NCBI GenBank assembly: GCA_024648695.1
Contig: JACAVV010000009.1
Coordinates: 40,843 to 104,842, forward strand
Direction: 5' to 3'
Length of the DNA stretch: 64,000 bases
Origin: Nitrospina sp.
GTDB taxonomy: Bacteria > Nitrospinota > Nitrospinia > Nitrospinales > JACRGP01
The translations under genes were made by a program, and so were the position numbers. Shown in pieces: positions 36,056 to 44,730 of this stretch (positions are counted from its first letter, which is position 1; each line of letters opens with the position of its first letter). The notes under the pieces are model-generated. The model saw only the letters and a list, made by a program, of their open reading frames with translations. It made no database searches and was not told the DNA's origin.

Positions 36056-37711
36056 TTATTCTTCTTCCCCTTCCTTTTTCTTATGGGTCGAGATATCCGA
36101 TTCGGTCATGGGTTTATGCAAATCCAAACCCTGAATGGTTAGCTCCAGCCCATTTTCTTTATATTCCTTTTCCCAGTCACTGATATTCGACATGACCGTA
36201 TGGTCTACAAGTTTCGTTTGAGTGAGATCCAGAGTCACCTGCCTGCCTTCTTTCAAGTAACCATGAAGTTGTTTACGAAGAGGGATCCATGTGCAAAATA
36301 TCGCTGAATCTTTTATATGGATCGTTGCCGACTTGTCATCGTCGATCTCGACCTCTGCGTTCAGGCTAAAGAAGGAACGAAAGGGAACTCCGTTGATAAC
36401 ATGGATAATAAGGTTGACGACTATTCCTATAGCGATTCCCTTTAAAAGGTCTGTGGCCAACACACCGATTATTGTAGATATAAAAATAATGAACTGGTCT
36501 TTTCCCAAGTGCCAAATATGTAAAAATTCCTTAGGGGACGCCAGGCGGTACCCCGTAAAAACCAAAAGCGCTCCCAGAGATGCCAGGGGAATGTGATTAA
36601 TAACCGATGGAATCAGGGCAACACAAACAAGCAAAAACAGGCCATGAAAAAAATTGGCGAACCGTGTTCTTGCCCCGTTATCGATATTGGCTTTACTGCG
36701 AACGATTTCAGAAATCATAGGTAGACCACCAATGAAAGCCGAAAGAGTATTACCCAGTCCAACTGCCAGCATGTCCCGGTCCATATCTGTTTTTCGACGC
36801 CAGGGGTCAATCTCATCAACTGCTTTGGCACTGAGCAAACTTTCCAAACTTCCAATCAGGGCAAACAATACCACATACCTGATTCCAGTATCGGAGGTCA
36901 GGCCTGAAAAATCCGGAAAGGTCACTGCGTTCAACATATTTTTAGGTACGTTGACCAAAAACTTTTCGCCCAAATCGAAAACCTGGCTACCAAACGTATA
37001 GGTCCCCGCTTCGCCGATTCCCAAAAACATTCCCAGCGGCACCGTTATAAACAACATCATCATAGGAGCTGGAATTCTTTTTAATTTTGGATTTTTTATC
37101 CAGACATAACTGACTACAATGAGCAGGCTCACGACCCCGATCAGGCCAACCCTGGGGTTCATATTTATAATAAATGAGGGAATTCTCGCAAGCAGTTCCA
37201 GGGGAGCACCATCCGGATGCAAACCCATCATAATCGGAAACTGTTTTGAGATTATGATGATACCTATGGATGCAAGTAATCCGTGAATCGCTGAATTGGG
37301 AAAAAGCTCGCCCAGGACTCCTGTACGAAACACACCAAATAATATCTGCACAACTCCGGCGGCAACCCCAACACCCAACGCCAATCGATAGGCTTGAAAA
37401 TCCTTCTCTGGATCCTGCCCCCCTGTATACCCGAATTCAGTGACGCAGGCCAGTGCGATGACGATCAAACCCGCGGCAGGGCCTTTAATTGTCAGTTCCG
37501 AATTACTTAGGAAAGTGGCAACTAGGCCTCCGATCATAGCTGTAAAAATGCCGGCAATTGCAGGATACCCGGAAGCCAGGGAAATACCCAGGCACAGAGG
37601 CAAAGCAATAAGGAAAACCAGAAAACCCGAGAGAATATCATGTTTCGCATAGGCCTTGAATCCTGCCAGATTCCCTACAGGACATTCGTTAGTTTCAGAT
37701 GGCGTACTCAT
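36056..37711 (-). CDS. SulP-family inorganic anion transporter with C-terminal STAS domain
   Basis: 551 aa with a polytopic N-terminal domain carrying SulP-type glycine-rich helices (GYPAIAGIFTAMIGGLV, GLGNTLSAFIGGLPMISEIVRSKANIDNGARTR) and a soluble C-terminal STAS-like domain. Confidence 0.85.
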   Translation of the reverse strand: MSTPSETNECPVGNLAGFKAYAKHDILSGFLVFLIALPLCLGISLASGYPAIAGIFTAMIGGLVATFLSNSELTIKGPAAGLIVIALACVTEFGYTGGQDPEKDFQAYRLALGVGVAAGVVQILFGVFRTGVLGELFPNSAIHGLLASIGIIIISKQFPIMMGLHPDGAPLELLARIPSFIINMNPRVGLIGVVSLLIVVSYVWIKNPKLKRIPAPMMMLFITVPLGMFLGIGEAGTYTFGSQVFDLGEKFLVNVPKNMLNAVTFPDFSGLTSDTGIRYVVLFALIGSLESLLSAKAVDEIDPWRRKTDMDRDMLAVGLGNTLSAFIGGLPMISEIVRSKANIDNGARTRFANFFHGLFLLVCVALIPSVINHIPLASLGALLVFTGYRLASPKEFLHIWHLGKDQFIIFISTIIGVLATDLLKGIAIGIVVNLIIHVINGVPFRSFFSLNAEVEIDDDKSATIHIKDSAIFCTWIPLRKQLHGYLKEGRQVTLDLTQTKLVDHTVMSNISDWEKEYKENGLELTIQGLDLHKPMTESDISTHKKKEGEEE

Positions 37712-38510
37712 GGATACTGTTATCTTTGATGAAGGTTTTAAAAGGATTTATTAAAAGAAATTGTTTTGGGTTGAAAGCTTGAGGCGTGAACATACTGATA
37801 AGTTTTCTGCAAAACATTATTAAAAAAGCTGGAAGAAAAACGTTGATATAACCTGGTCAGCCGACCAATTATTGAAGGGAAAAGGCAGTGAAAAAAATAG
37901 GCTATTGGGGGAGTTTCCATTCTCCTAAATCTCATATTTCCCAACTAAAGGTGATATCGCCTTTTAGGGTTTGATCGGATTAGAATCTTTTTGTATTAAA
38001 GGCGATCATTTAGTTATTAATGGCAACAAAAGCCAATCAGTAAAACCACATTTCGTTATGGAACCATATCAGACTTTAATTTAATACAAATAAAATTTTG
38101 CGGCTATTATAACTCATTGAATGAAACACAATCCATTCTAAAGATAAATTTATAAAAATGATTTTTCATTCAAATAATAGTAACAGAATTAGATTTGATT
38201 CTGATTTGTAGGTTAAAAAAAGCCACATCATCCCTCTCTCATACACCCATGCCGGATTAGAACGGGCAAACCTGGTTATGCACCCCACCCATTGATCCGA
38301 AAAAAACTACACACTCAATTTCAACCTGACAGCAAACCCCAGGTTAGACATCACCGCCCCAAAAAAAAGGAGTTTCCTTGCCGCATTCGGGTTCGCCGCT
38401 GCAACAAAAAAACTCCTCTCTGTTTGGTACTATCCATCAATGATATTATCAGGTACGATTGATTAACTGTTCGGCCTATTCACAACTTAAGAATGAAAAC
38501 TGACTCCAAA

Positions 38511-38530
38511 TCCGCATCCGATGATGCGGT
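38511..38530 (-). terminator. Possible weak intrinsic terminator after the PepSY-like lipoprotein gene
   Basis: CCGCATC-cgat-GATGCGG forms a perfect 7-bp stem directly downstream of the stop at 38539. The following U-tract on the minus strand is poor. Confidence 0.35.
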
Positions 38531-38538
38531 TAATTGGA

Positions 38539-39060
38539 TTATTCTACATAGCTGTAATTCGGTTTATTGGGCACATCATCTTTTTCCAATATTTTGCCAT
38601 CTGAAGACATTTTAATTTCGTGCTCTTCATCATTGATTACAAATTCAACTTCGTAGAAGGTTTTCCCATCGTCTTCCATTTCGCGTGCCAGTTCTGTGAT
38701 TTTGGCGCCTTTGGTTTCTTTTTTCACAGTGGTTTGAACCGCCATTGGCAACTCTTCCATTTCTAAAATTTCTTCAAACTCCAGCACCTTTCCCGCTTCG
38801 TCAAGGGTCAATTCATAATCACGTCCTTTTGTCTTGAAGGCAACGTGGTATTCGGTCTTTTTGTCCTCGTCTTTAATACAGATTTTTTCGATATCGCCTT
38901 GTTGAGTGTGGTGCAAAATGGTAGCTTTGGCGGCTGGAGACACATCGTCAAGGGTCGTCTTCCTTTTTTCGGTCGAGGCACATCCAGAAATTAACGCAAT
39001 TGAAAAAACAATCAATAATACAATGGGGTACGAACGTGTCATATCCAATCTCCTTATCAA
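38539..39060 (-). CDS. Small lipoprotein with two PepSY-like repeats
   Basis: Lipobox LISGCAS. Two similar half-domains end in TEYHVAFKTKGRDYELTLDEAGKVLE and TFYEVEFVINDEEHEIKMSSDGKILE. The start is either 39060 or ATG 39042. Confidence 0.6.
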   Translation of the reverse strand: MIRRLDMTRSYPIVLLIVFSIALISGCASTEKRKTTLDDVSPAAKATILHHTQQGDIEKICIKDEDKKTEYHVAFKTKGRDYELTLDEAGKVLEFEEILEMEELPMAVQTTVKKETKGAKITELAREMEDDGKTFYEVEFVINDEEHEIKMSSDGKILEKDDVPNKPNYSYVE

Positions 39061-39137
39061 GAAAGTTCGAAATGCACTGATAGCTACAAAGATAATGCAA
39101 GGACACCGATTATTCCATCATTATTTTCCCGGAGCCC

Positions 39138-40151
39138 TTATCCCACAAGCAATTCGGCAATCTGGATAGCATTGAGGGCGGCTCCTTTTCTCAAGTTATC
39201 GGCTACCACCCAAAAATGAAACGCTTTGGGACCAGAAAGGTCGGCTCGAATGCGACCCACCATCACTGCGTCTTTGTGAGCGGCATTAATGGCCTGGGGG
39301 TATGTATTCGACGCCGGATCGTCCACCACCTGAAGGCCCGGAGACTCCGCCAGCAGGGTTTTCAATTCCCGAATGGCAACGTCGTTTTCAGTTTCTACAT
39401 AGATGGCCTCGGAGTGCGAATAAAACACTGGCACACGCACGGTGGTCGGGCATACCTGAATGCTGGAGTCTTCAAGGATTTTATGAGTCTCGTTCACCAT
39501 TTTCATTTCTTCTTTAGTAAACCCGTTTTCCAGAAATGCGTCGATATGCGGCAGGCAGTTGAATGCAATAGGATGGGGATATACCTTGCATTCCAGTTCC
39601 TCGCCCTGCAGTTGGCTTCGTGTTTGTTGCTCCAGTTCATTGATCGCCTTTTGCCCGGAACCGGACACCGATTGATAAGTGGACACGACTACCTTCTTTA
39701 TTTTATAGCGCTCATGCACCGGTTTCAACGCTACGACCATCTGGATGGTCGAACAATTGGGATTGGCGATGATCCCGGAATGCTCCTTTAAAGCGTGCGG
39801 GTTGACTTCCGGCACCACAAGGGGAACATCCGCCTCCATACGAAACGCACTGCTGTTATCGACCACAACACATCCCGATTTAGCCGCAATGGGACTGAAC
39901 TGTTTGCTGATTCCACCGCCCGCAGAAAACAAGGCAATATCCACTCCCTCAAAAGAGTCCTCTTTCAATTCACGCACCGATAAATCTTTCTCCTGGAACC
40001 TCAGAGTCTTGCCAACCGATTTTGCCGATGCCAGAGGTATCAGTTCAGATACGGGAAATTTGCGCTCCTCCAGAATCGACAACATACAGTTGCCCACCGC
40101 ACCGGTAGCGCCGACGACCGCCACCTTATAAGAATTCTTTTTCTTCAACAT
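39138..40151 (-). CDS. asd: Aspartate-semialdehyde dehydrogenase
   Basis: [23 protein letters not shown] (active-site Cys), SGSGQKA, and the C-terminus [16 protein letters not shown]. Confidence 0.95.
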   Translation of the reverse strand: MLKKKNSYKVAVVGATGAVGNCMLSILEERKFPVSELIPLASAKSVGKTLRFQEKDLSVRELKEDSFEGVDIALFSAGGGISKQFSPIAAKSGCVVVDNSSAFRMEADVPLVVPEVNPHALKEHSGIIANPNCSTIQMVVALKPVHERYKIKKVVVSTYQSVSGSGQKAINELEQQTRSQLQGEELECKVYPHPIAFNCLPHIDAFLENGFTKEEMKMVNETHKILEDSSIQVCPTTVRVPVFYSHSEAIYVETENDVAIRELKTLLAESPGLQVVDDPASNTYPQAINAAHKDAVMVGRIRADLSGPKAFHFWVVADNLRKGAALNAIQIAELLVG

Positions 40152-41236
40152 TGTTTCGCTTCCAGTTCTTCGGCCACCAAATCGCCCATTTGCACAGTCC
40201 CCACTTGCTTTTTGCCATCAGACATAATATCGCCGGTACGATAACCCTTTGCCAGCACAGCTTCCACAGCCTCTTCGATCCAGGTATTCACCTGTTCGTT
40301 ATCGAGGGAGTATTTAAACATCATGCCCACAGACAAAATTGTTGCCAAAGGATTCGCCTTATCCTGTCCCGCAATGTCCGGTGCGCTTCCATGAATAGGT
40401 TCGTACATGCCATTGCTTCCGCCAACGCTTGCCGAGGGAAGCATGCCGATGGAGCCTGTCAACATGGAAGCCTCATCGCTTAAGATATCACCGAACATGT
40501 TGGTGGTGAGCACCACATCGAATTGTTTCGGATTTCGAACCAACTGCATAGCGCAATTATCCACATACATATGTTCCAAAGTCACGTCACTATATTCTTT
40601 ATGCAGATCGGTAACCACCTCGCGCCAGAAGCCCGTGCACTGAAGCACGTTGGCTTTGTCGATGGAATGAACTTTGTTATTTCGCTTGCGAGCCACATCG
40701 AACGCTACTCGGGCGATACGCTTGATTTCATCTTCCGTATAAACCAGGGTATTGAATCCACGACGGGTTCCATCTTCCAGAGTTTCCACTCCCGCAGGCT
40801 TGCCAAAATAGATACCCCCGGTCAACTCCCGGACCACAAGAATATCGAGTCCGTTCACCACGTCGAACTTGAGGGTGGAGGCCTCAACAAGGGCATCAAA
40901 TACCTTCGCAGGACGCAGATTGGCGAATAAACCCAACGAAGACCGCAACCCCAGCAAAGCACGTTCGGGTCTCAGAGCAAAATCAATGGATTCCCATTTG
41001 GGTCCGCCAACGGCCCCCAGTAAAACTGCATTCGCTTCCTTCGCGGCTTTCAAAGTAGTTTCGGGCAAAGGATGGCCCTCGACCTCATAGGCGGCCCCAC
41101 CTACAGGGTACTCCTGCATTTCCAGTTCGAGTCCCAGTTTGGACTCCAGAATTTTTATTATTTTAACGGCTTGCCGGACCACTTCCGGTCCAATACCGTC
41201 ACCAGGCAATAAGGTAATTTTGGTGTTTTCGCTCAT
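40145..41236 (-). CDS. leuB: 3-isopropylmalate dehydrogenase
   Basis: [62 protein letters not shown]. Confidence 0.95.
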   Translation of the reverse strand: MSENTKITLLPGDGIGPEVVRQAVKIIKILESKLGLELEMQEYPVGGAAYEVEGHPLPETTLKAAKEANAVLLGAVGGPKWESIDFALRPERALLGLRSSLGLFANLRPAKVFDALVEASTLKFDVVNGLDILVVRELTGGIYFGKPAGVETLEDGTRRGFNTLVYTEDEIKRIARVAFDVARKRNNKVHSIDKANVLQCTGFWREVVTDLHKEYSDVTLEHMYVDNCAMQLVRNPKQFDVVLTTNMFGDILSDEASMLTGSIGMLPSASVGGSNGMYEPIHGSAPDIAGQDKANPLATILSVGMMFKYSLDNEQVNTWIEEAVEAVLAKGYRTGDIMSDGKKQVGTVQMGDLVAEELEAKQC

Positions 41237-41369
41237 TGGACTTTCTTACAATATTATTTTAAATGGTTGTGAGTTTAAGCTTGAAAGAATACCCAGCCTT
41301 GGTAATAAAGTAAACTGTTTTTCAAACACTTTTCTTTAAGAATGTTACAAATTTGGATAGAAAGGCATT

Positions 41370-42119
41370 TTATTGGCAATCATCAGGATAAATAACCTTA
41401 ACCAGACAAAGGCCCTGAGGTTGGGCGGTGGGACCTGCCAATCTACGGTTTTTCAAATCCAGGATTTCTTTCATCCGACTTGCAGGCATTTTGCCTTTTC
41501 CTATCCAGGCCAGAGTTCCGACTATATTTCGCACCATGTGTTTAAGGAATCCATTTCCCTCAAACGTCATGTAGATGAAATCATCCTTACAGGAAATGTC
41601 GATCCGGTAAATTTCCCGCACCGAGGTTTTGGTCTCGGCGTTGCGGCCCTGAAACGCCAAAAAATCGTGGCGACCGATCAAGCATTCTTTTGCTTCCATG
41701 ATGGCACTCATATCCAGAGGAAAAGGAATAAACCAAACCCGTCGATACATCAAAGCAGAGGGATAATCGCGGTTTAAAATTATATAGCGGTAGATTTTTC
41801 TGATTGCACTTTTACGGGCGTCAAAACTTTCAGAAACATCTTCGACCTGTTTCACCGAAATATCATGAGGAAGCAAACTGTTGAAAGCTCTAACCATTTC
41901 CAGTTCAGTCATTCTGGAATCGGTCGTAAAATGAGCCACCTGAGCTTCAGCATGAACCCCGGAATCCGTTCGGCCCGAAGCATAAACTTTCATTTTTATT
42001 TTCAAAACTTTAGATAATACTTTTTCAACTACTTCCTGAATAGAAATACCATTAGGTTGAATTTGCCAACCCATGTAATTACCGCCATCATACTCCAGAA
42101 CCATTTTAATCTTTCGCAT
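41370..42119 (-). CDS. truA: tRNA pseudouridine(38-40) synthase
   Basis: LEYDGGNYMGWQIQP, ASGRTDSGVHA (catalytic Asp), GRHDFLAF, FLKHMVRNIVG. Confidence 0.93.
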   Translation of the reverse strand: MRKIKMVLEYDGGNYMGWQIQPNGISIQEVVEKVLSKVLKIKMKVYASGRTDSGVHAEAQVAHFTTDSRMTELEMVRAFNSLLPHDISVKQVEDVSESFDARKSAIRKIYRYIILNRDYPSALMYRRVWFIPFPLDMSAIMEAKECLIGRHDFLAFQGRNAETKTSVREIYRIDISCKDDFIYMTFEGNGFLKHMVRNIVGTLAWIGKGKMPASRMKEILDLKNRRLAGPTAQPQGLCLVKVIYPDDCQ

Positions 42120-42174
42120 CGATACGAATCACTCAAACGTTAAACAATGCGAAGATTATTTCAAAATACGAGCG

Positions 42175-42210
42175 AAAAAAAAAGCGCGTTGTTCGAAAAC
42201 AACGCGCTTT
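42175..42210 (-). terminator. Strong Rho-independent terminator (minus-strand orientation favoured) with no assignable upstream gene
   Basis: Perfect 13-bp stem AAAGCGCGTTGTT / AACAACGCGCTTT (42181-42193 and 42198-42210) with a 4-nt loop. It is flanked by a run of 9 A on the plus strand, equivalent to 9 U after the hairpin on the minus strand. Confidence 0.7.
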
Positions 42211-42523
42211 TCAATCTTTTCGACCCATTTTAACAGGGCATGTTCATAATTAGATACGAACTTTAACTTGGGACCAACTAAAAATAAAAAGGTGGATTCA
42301 TGCTCCTCATTGCCCCCCTTGAAGGGATTATTCATTGACAATATTAATATAGTCCTGTCCACCATTTTCGCAAGTCCTGGATTCATTATTTTTCAAATTT
42401 TCTTCCATTTGATGAGAAATATCCGTCAACCTTCCTATTAATCCCTTTCAAACCACCTCAATTTTATATATTATTAGGGTTACAATACATTATAAAGGGT
42501 TTGAAACATTTTGGAGTCGATCT

Positions 42524-43408
42524 ATGAAAACCTATGAAGATCTCGCCGGGGACGGTGGGTCTAATATTGTCGACCAGGTGGTCAGCCAAAGGGAAAAACT
42601 GCGTGGCCGTCTGGACAAAATCAAGCACAAGATTTCCATAATGAGTGGAAAAGGGGGCGTGGGCAAAAGCTCCATGACCGCCAATATTGCCGGTTGTCTG
42701 GCCGACCGCGGATTCAAGGTGGGTATCCTGGATGCAGATCTTAACGGACCCAGTATGTGCCAGCTTTTGGGAATCGACAATAAAGAAAAGCTCAATATTG
42801 ATAAAGAAGGAGTCGATCCTTCGATTGGCGCACTCGATATCAAAGTGATGTCTATGGATTCCCTGCTTCCCAGTCCCGATTCCCCGGTGATGTGGACAGA
42901 CGATGGTGCAAGCGCGGTATGGGTAAGCACCATGGAATGCACGGCGCTTCGCGAACTGCTCGCAGATACCAATTGGGGAGAACTGGATTACCTGCTCATC
43001 GACATGCCACCGGGCAGTGACCGCATCGATAATATTCGCGACTTGATTCCCGAACTGGAAGGTGTCGTAGAGGTCACAATACCTTCAGCACTTTCTCAGC
43101 ATATTGTATCTAAGTCTATAACAAAAAACAACAATTTGGGCGTCAAGATCATTGGTCTTATTGAAAATATGGCCAGTTATATCTGCCCTCATTGCGATGA
43201 AGAAGGCGCTTTGTTTGAGGGCGACGATGTCAAAGAATTATCCGAAAAAAAGGAAATTCCTTTTATTGGCAGAATCCCGTTTGATCCAAGGATTTCGAAG
43301 AAGTCCCAGTCCGGAAAATTATTTTTCAACGATTTTAAAGATTCCATCACAGGAAAGGCCATCTCGCAGGCGGTCGACAATATCTTGAAATCAATTCCAA
43401 ATACCTAG
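42524..43408 (+). CDS. Mrp/NBP35 (ApbC)-family Fe-S cluster carrier ATPase (second paralog)
   Basis: MSGKGGVGKSS (deviant Walker A), DMPPGSDR, and the conserved CPHC (ICPHCDEEG). Confidence 0.85.
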   Translation: MKTYEDLAGDGGSNIVDQVVSQREKLRGRLDKIKHKISIMSGKGGVGKSSMTANIAGCLADRGFKVGILDADLNGPSMCQLLGIDNKEKLNIDKEGVDPSIGALDIKVMSMDSLLPSPDSPVMWTDDGASAVWVSTMECTALRELLADTNWGELDYLLIDMPPGSDRIDNIRDLIPELEGVVEVTIPSALSQHIVSKSITKNNNLGVKIIGLIENMASYICPHCDEEGALFEGDDVKELSEKKEIPFIGRIPFDPRISKKSQSGKLFFNDFKDSITGKAISQAVDNILKSIPNT

Positions 43409-43420
43409 GAAGGAGCCACC

Positions 43421-43858
43421 ATGAAATTCCTTTGCATACCCTGTGATGAGCAGATGCAAACTCAAACCGACGGCATCATGCCCGCGGAATCCAAGAACAT
43501 TTCGCTAAAATTCAAATGCCCCAAATGTGACCATTCCATTGCCATGCTCACCAACAAATTCGAAACCGAATTCGTGAGTAAAATTGGAGTAGAAATGGGT
43601 GGAAAGTCAGAAGTGGGAAGTGGTCCCATGAGCGTCGTGGGAACCCAGTTGGCTGAAGGCAAGGAAGAACTGAAAAACGCCGCCCCTACAGAAAGCGATC
43701 TTGAGTGGACCGATGAGGCCAAAGCCCGCATTCAGAAGGTGCCCTTTTTCGTAAGAAACATGGCCAAGAAAACAGTGATCAACTACGCCCTAGAAAAAGG
43801 CATCACCACCATCGACGCCAAATTGATGGACGAAGTGAGAGAAAAAGTAGGGATGTAA
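43421..43858 (+). CDS. Small protein: N-terminal CxxC...CxxC zinc-ribbon plus C-terminal PCP_red (protochlorophyllide-reductase ChlB/BchB C-terminal-like) domain
   Basis: CIPCDEQ...CPKCDH at the N-terminus. The C-terminal LEWTDEAKARIQKVPFFVRNMAKKTVINYALEKGITTIDAKLMDEV closely follows the PCP_red pattern (W-T-x-E-A-x-x-x-L-x-K-I/V-P-F-F-V-R). It begins 12 nt after the mrp stop. Confidence 0.75.
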   Translation: MKFLCIPCDEQMQTQTDGIMPAESKNISLKFKCPKCDHSIAMLTNKFETEFVSKIGVEMGGKSEVGSGPMSVVGTQLAEGKEELKNAAPTESDLEWTDEAKARIQKVPFFVRNMAKKTVINYALEKGITTIDAKLMDEVREKVGM

Positions 43859-43877
43859 GAGGCCAAGATTCAAGGCT

Positions 43878-43920
43878 ACCGGGATTATTATTTGCCAAAA
43901 ATTTTAATCCCGGTTTGTTT
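43878..43920 (+). terminator. Probable intrinsic terminator of the mrp / PCP_red operon
   Basis: 10-bp perfect stem ACCGGGATTA / TAATCCCGGT (43878-43887 and 43905-43914) followed by TTGTTT. The loop is long (17 nt), so confidence is only moderate. Confidence 0.5.
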
Positions 43921-44072
43921 AAACTATCCCCATAATATATTCCCTATAAATTCATGAATTAAAAGGATTTTTTGGAATATTTTCTTACCCCCCTAAAGCA
44001 CGCTCTTTTAAGAAATTGATCCCACCTCAAAATCACATTATTTTAAAATTAATAATGCAAAGGAGTTTGAAT

Positions 44073-44300
44073 ATGCTTGAATCCAGAATCAGAAAAATCG
44101 GAACTTCTTCCGGCCTCATTCTCCCAAAAGAGATTTTAAAGAAGTTGCATTTTTAAGATGGCGACTAGATATTAATATCAGAAGATTCGGGCGGGACTTG
44201 TAAAATCACCCCATACGATCCGGATTTTAAAAAGCATCTGGAAGCCATTGAAGAGGGCATATCCCGCTACAAGAATACGTTGCGGGAATTGGCTAAATGA
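44073..44300 (+). pseudogene. AbrB/SpoVT-fold antitoxin (Phd/MazE-like) with two in-frame stop codons
   Basis: The single frame reads MLESRIRKIGTSSGLILPKEILKKLHF*DGD*ILISEDSGGTCKITPYDPDF...RELAK*. An AGGAG lies 8 nt upstream. IGTSSGLILPKEIL..L....GD is the swapped-hairpin AbrB-type motif. Confidence 0.75.
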
Positions 44301-44685
44301 AAGAACCCTTTTGGATAACCAAACCCATTGTTCTTTCCCTTCACACCAAACTTGTCATAGAATTTGGGGAACGGCCGGGTATCAGTGATGAAGATTTGCT
44401 GGACTCTGCCCTAGCCCGTCCCCGTCAAATTTATTCTTACGACACCCTGACTTGTTTGTTTTAGCCTCGGCAAACATTTCCAGAATTATCAGAAATCACC
44501 CATTTCTGGATGGCAACAAGCGCACCGGATTTATGGTCGGTTTCGATTTTCTCTACCAGAACAAAATATTACTGGATTCCCCGGAGCCCTTGGCGGTAAA
44601 AATAGTCATTGACCTCACCGCAAAAGATATAAATGAAGACCAATTAGCCATTTTGTTACGGGAAAACTCTAACAGCTTAACCTGA
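44297..44685 (+). pseudogene. Doc/Fic-family toxin (death-on-curing) with a frameshift
   Basis: The first frame reads MKEPFWITKPIVLSLHTKLVIEFGERPGISDEDLLDSALARPRQIYSY and ends at TAG 44462-44464. The continuation in another frame (44452-44685) carries the Fic motif HPFLDGNKRTG. The ATG overlaps the antitoxin TGA (ATGA). Confidence 0.8.
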
Positions 44686-44730
44686 GTAAAACTCAACAAA
44701 GCTGGCCCATCCGATACATCTAAAAACACT

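Noticed and set aside
39216-39791. 191-aa plus-strand ORF, plus others at 40151-41090
   Set aside because: They are antisense to asd and leuB. They are shadow ORFs.
42156-42386. 76-aa minus-strand ORF upstream of truA
   Set aside because: Its last roughly 20 codons run through a perfect 13-bp terminator hairpin and a 9-U tract before reaching the stop, so a normal mRNA would end before the stop codon. I kept it as part of the orphan-terminator finding rather than calling a CDS.
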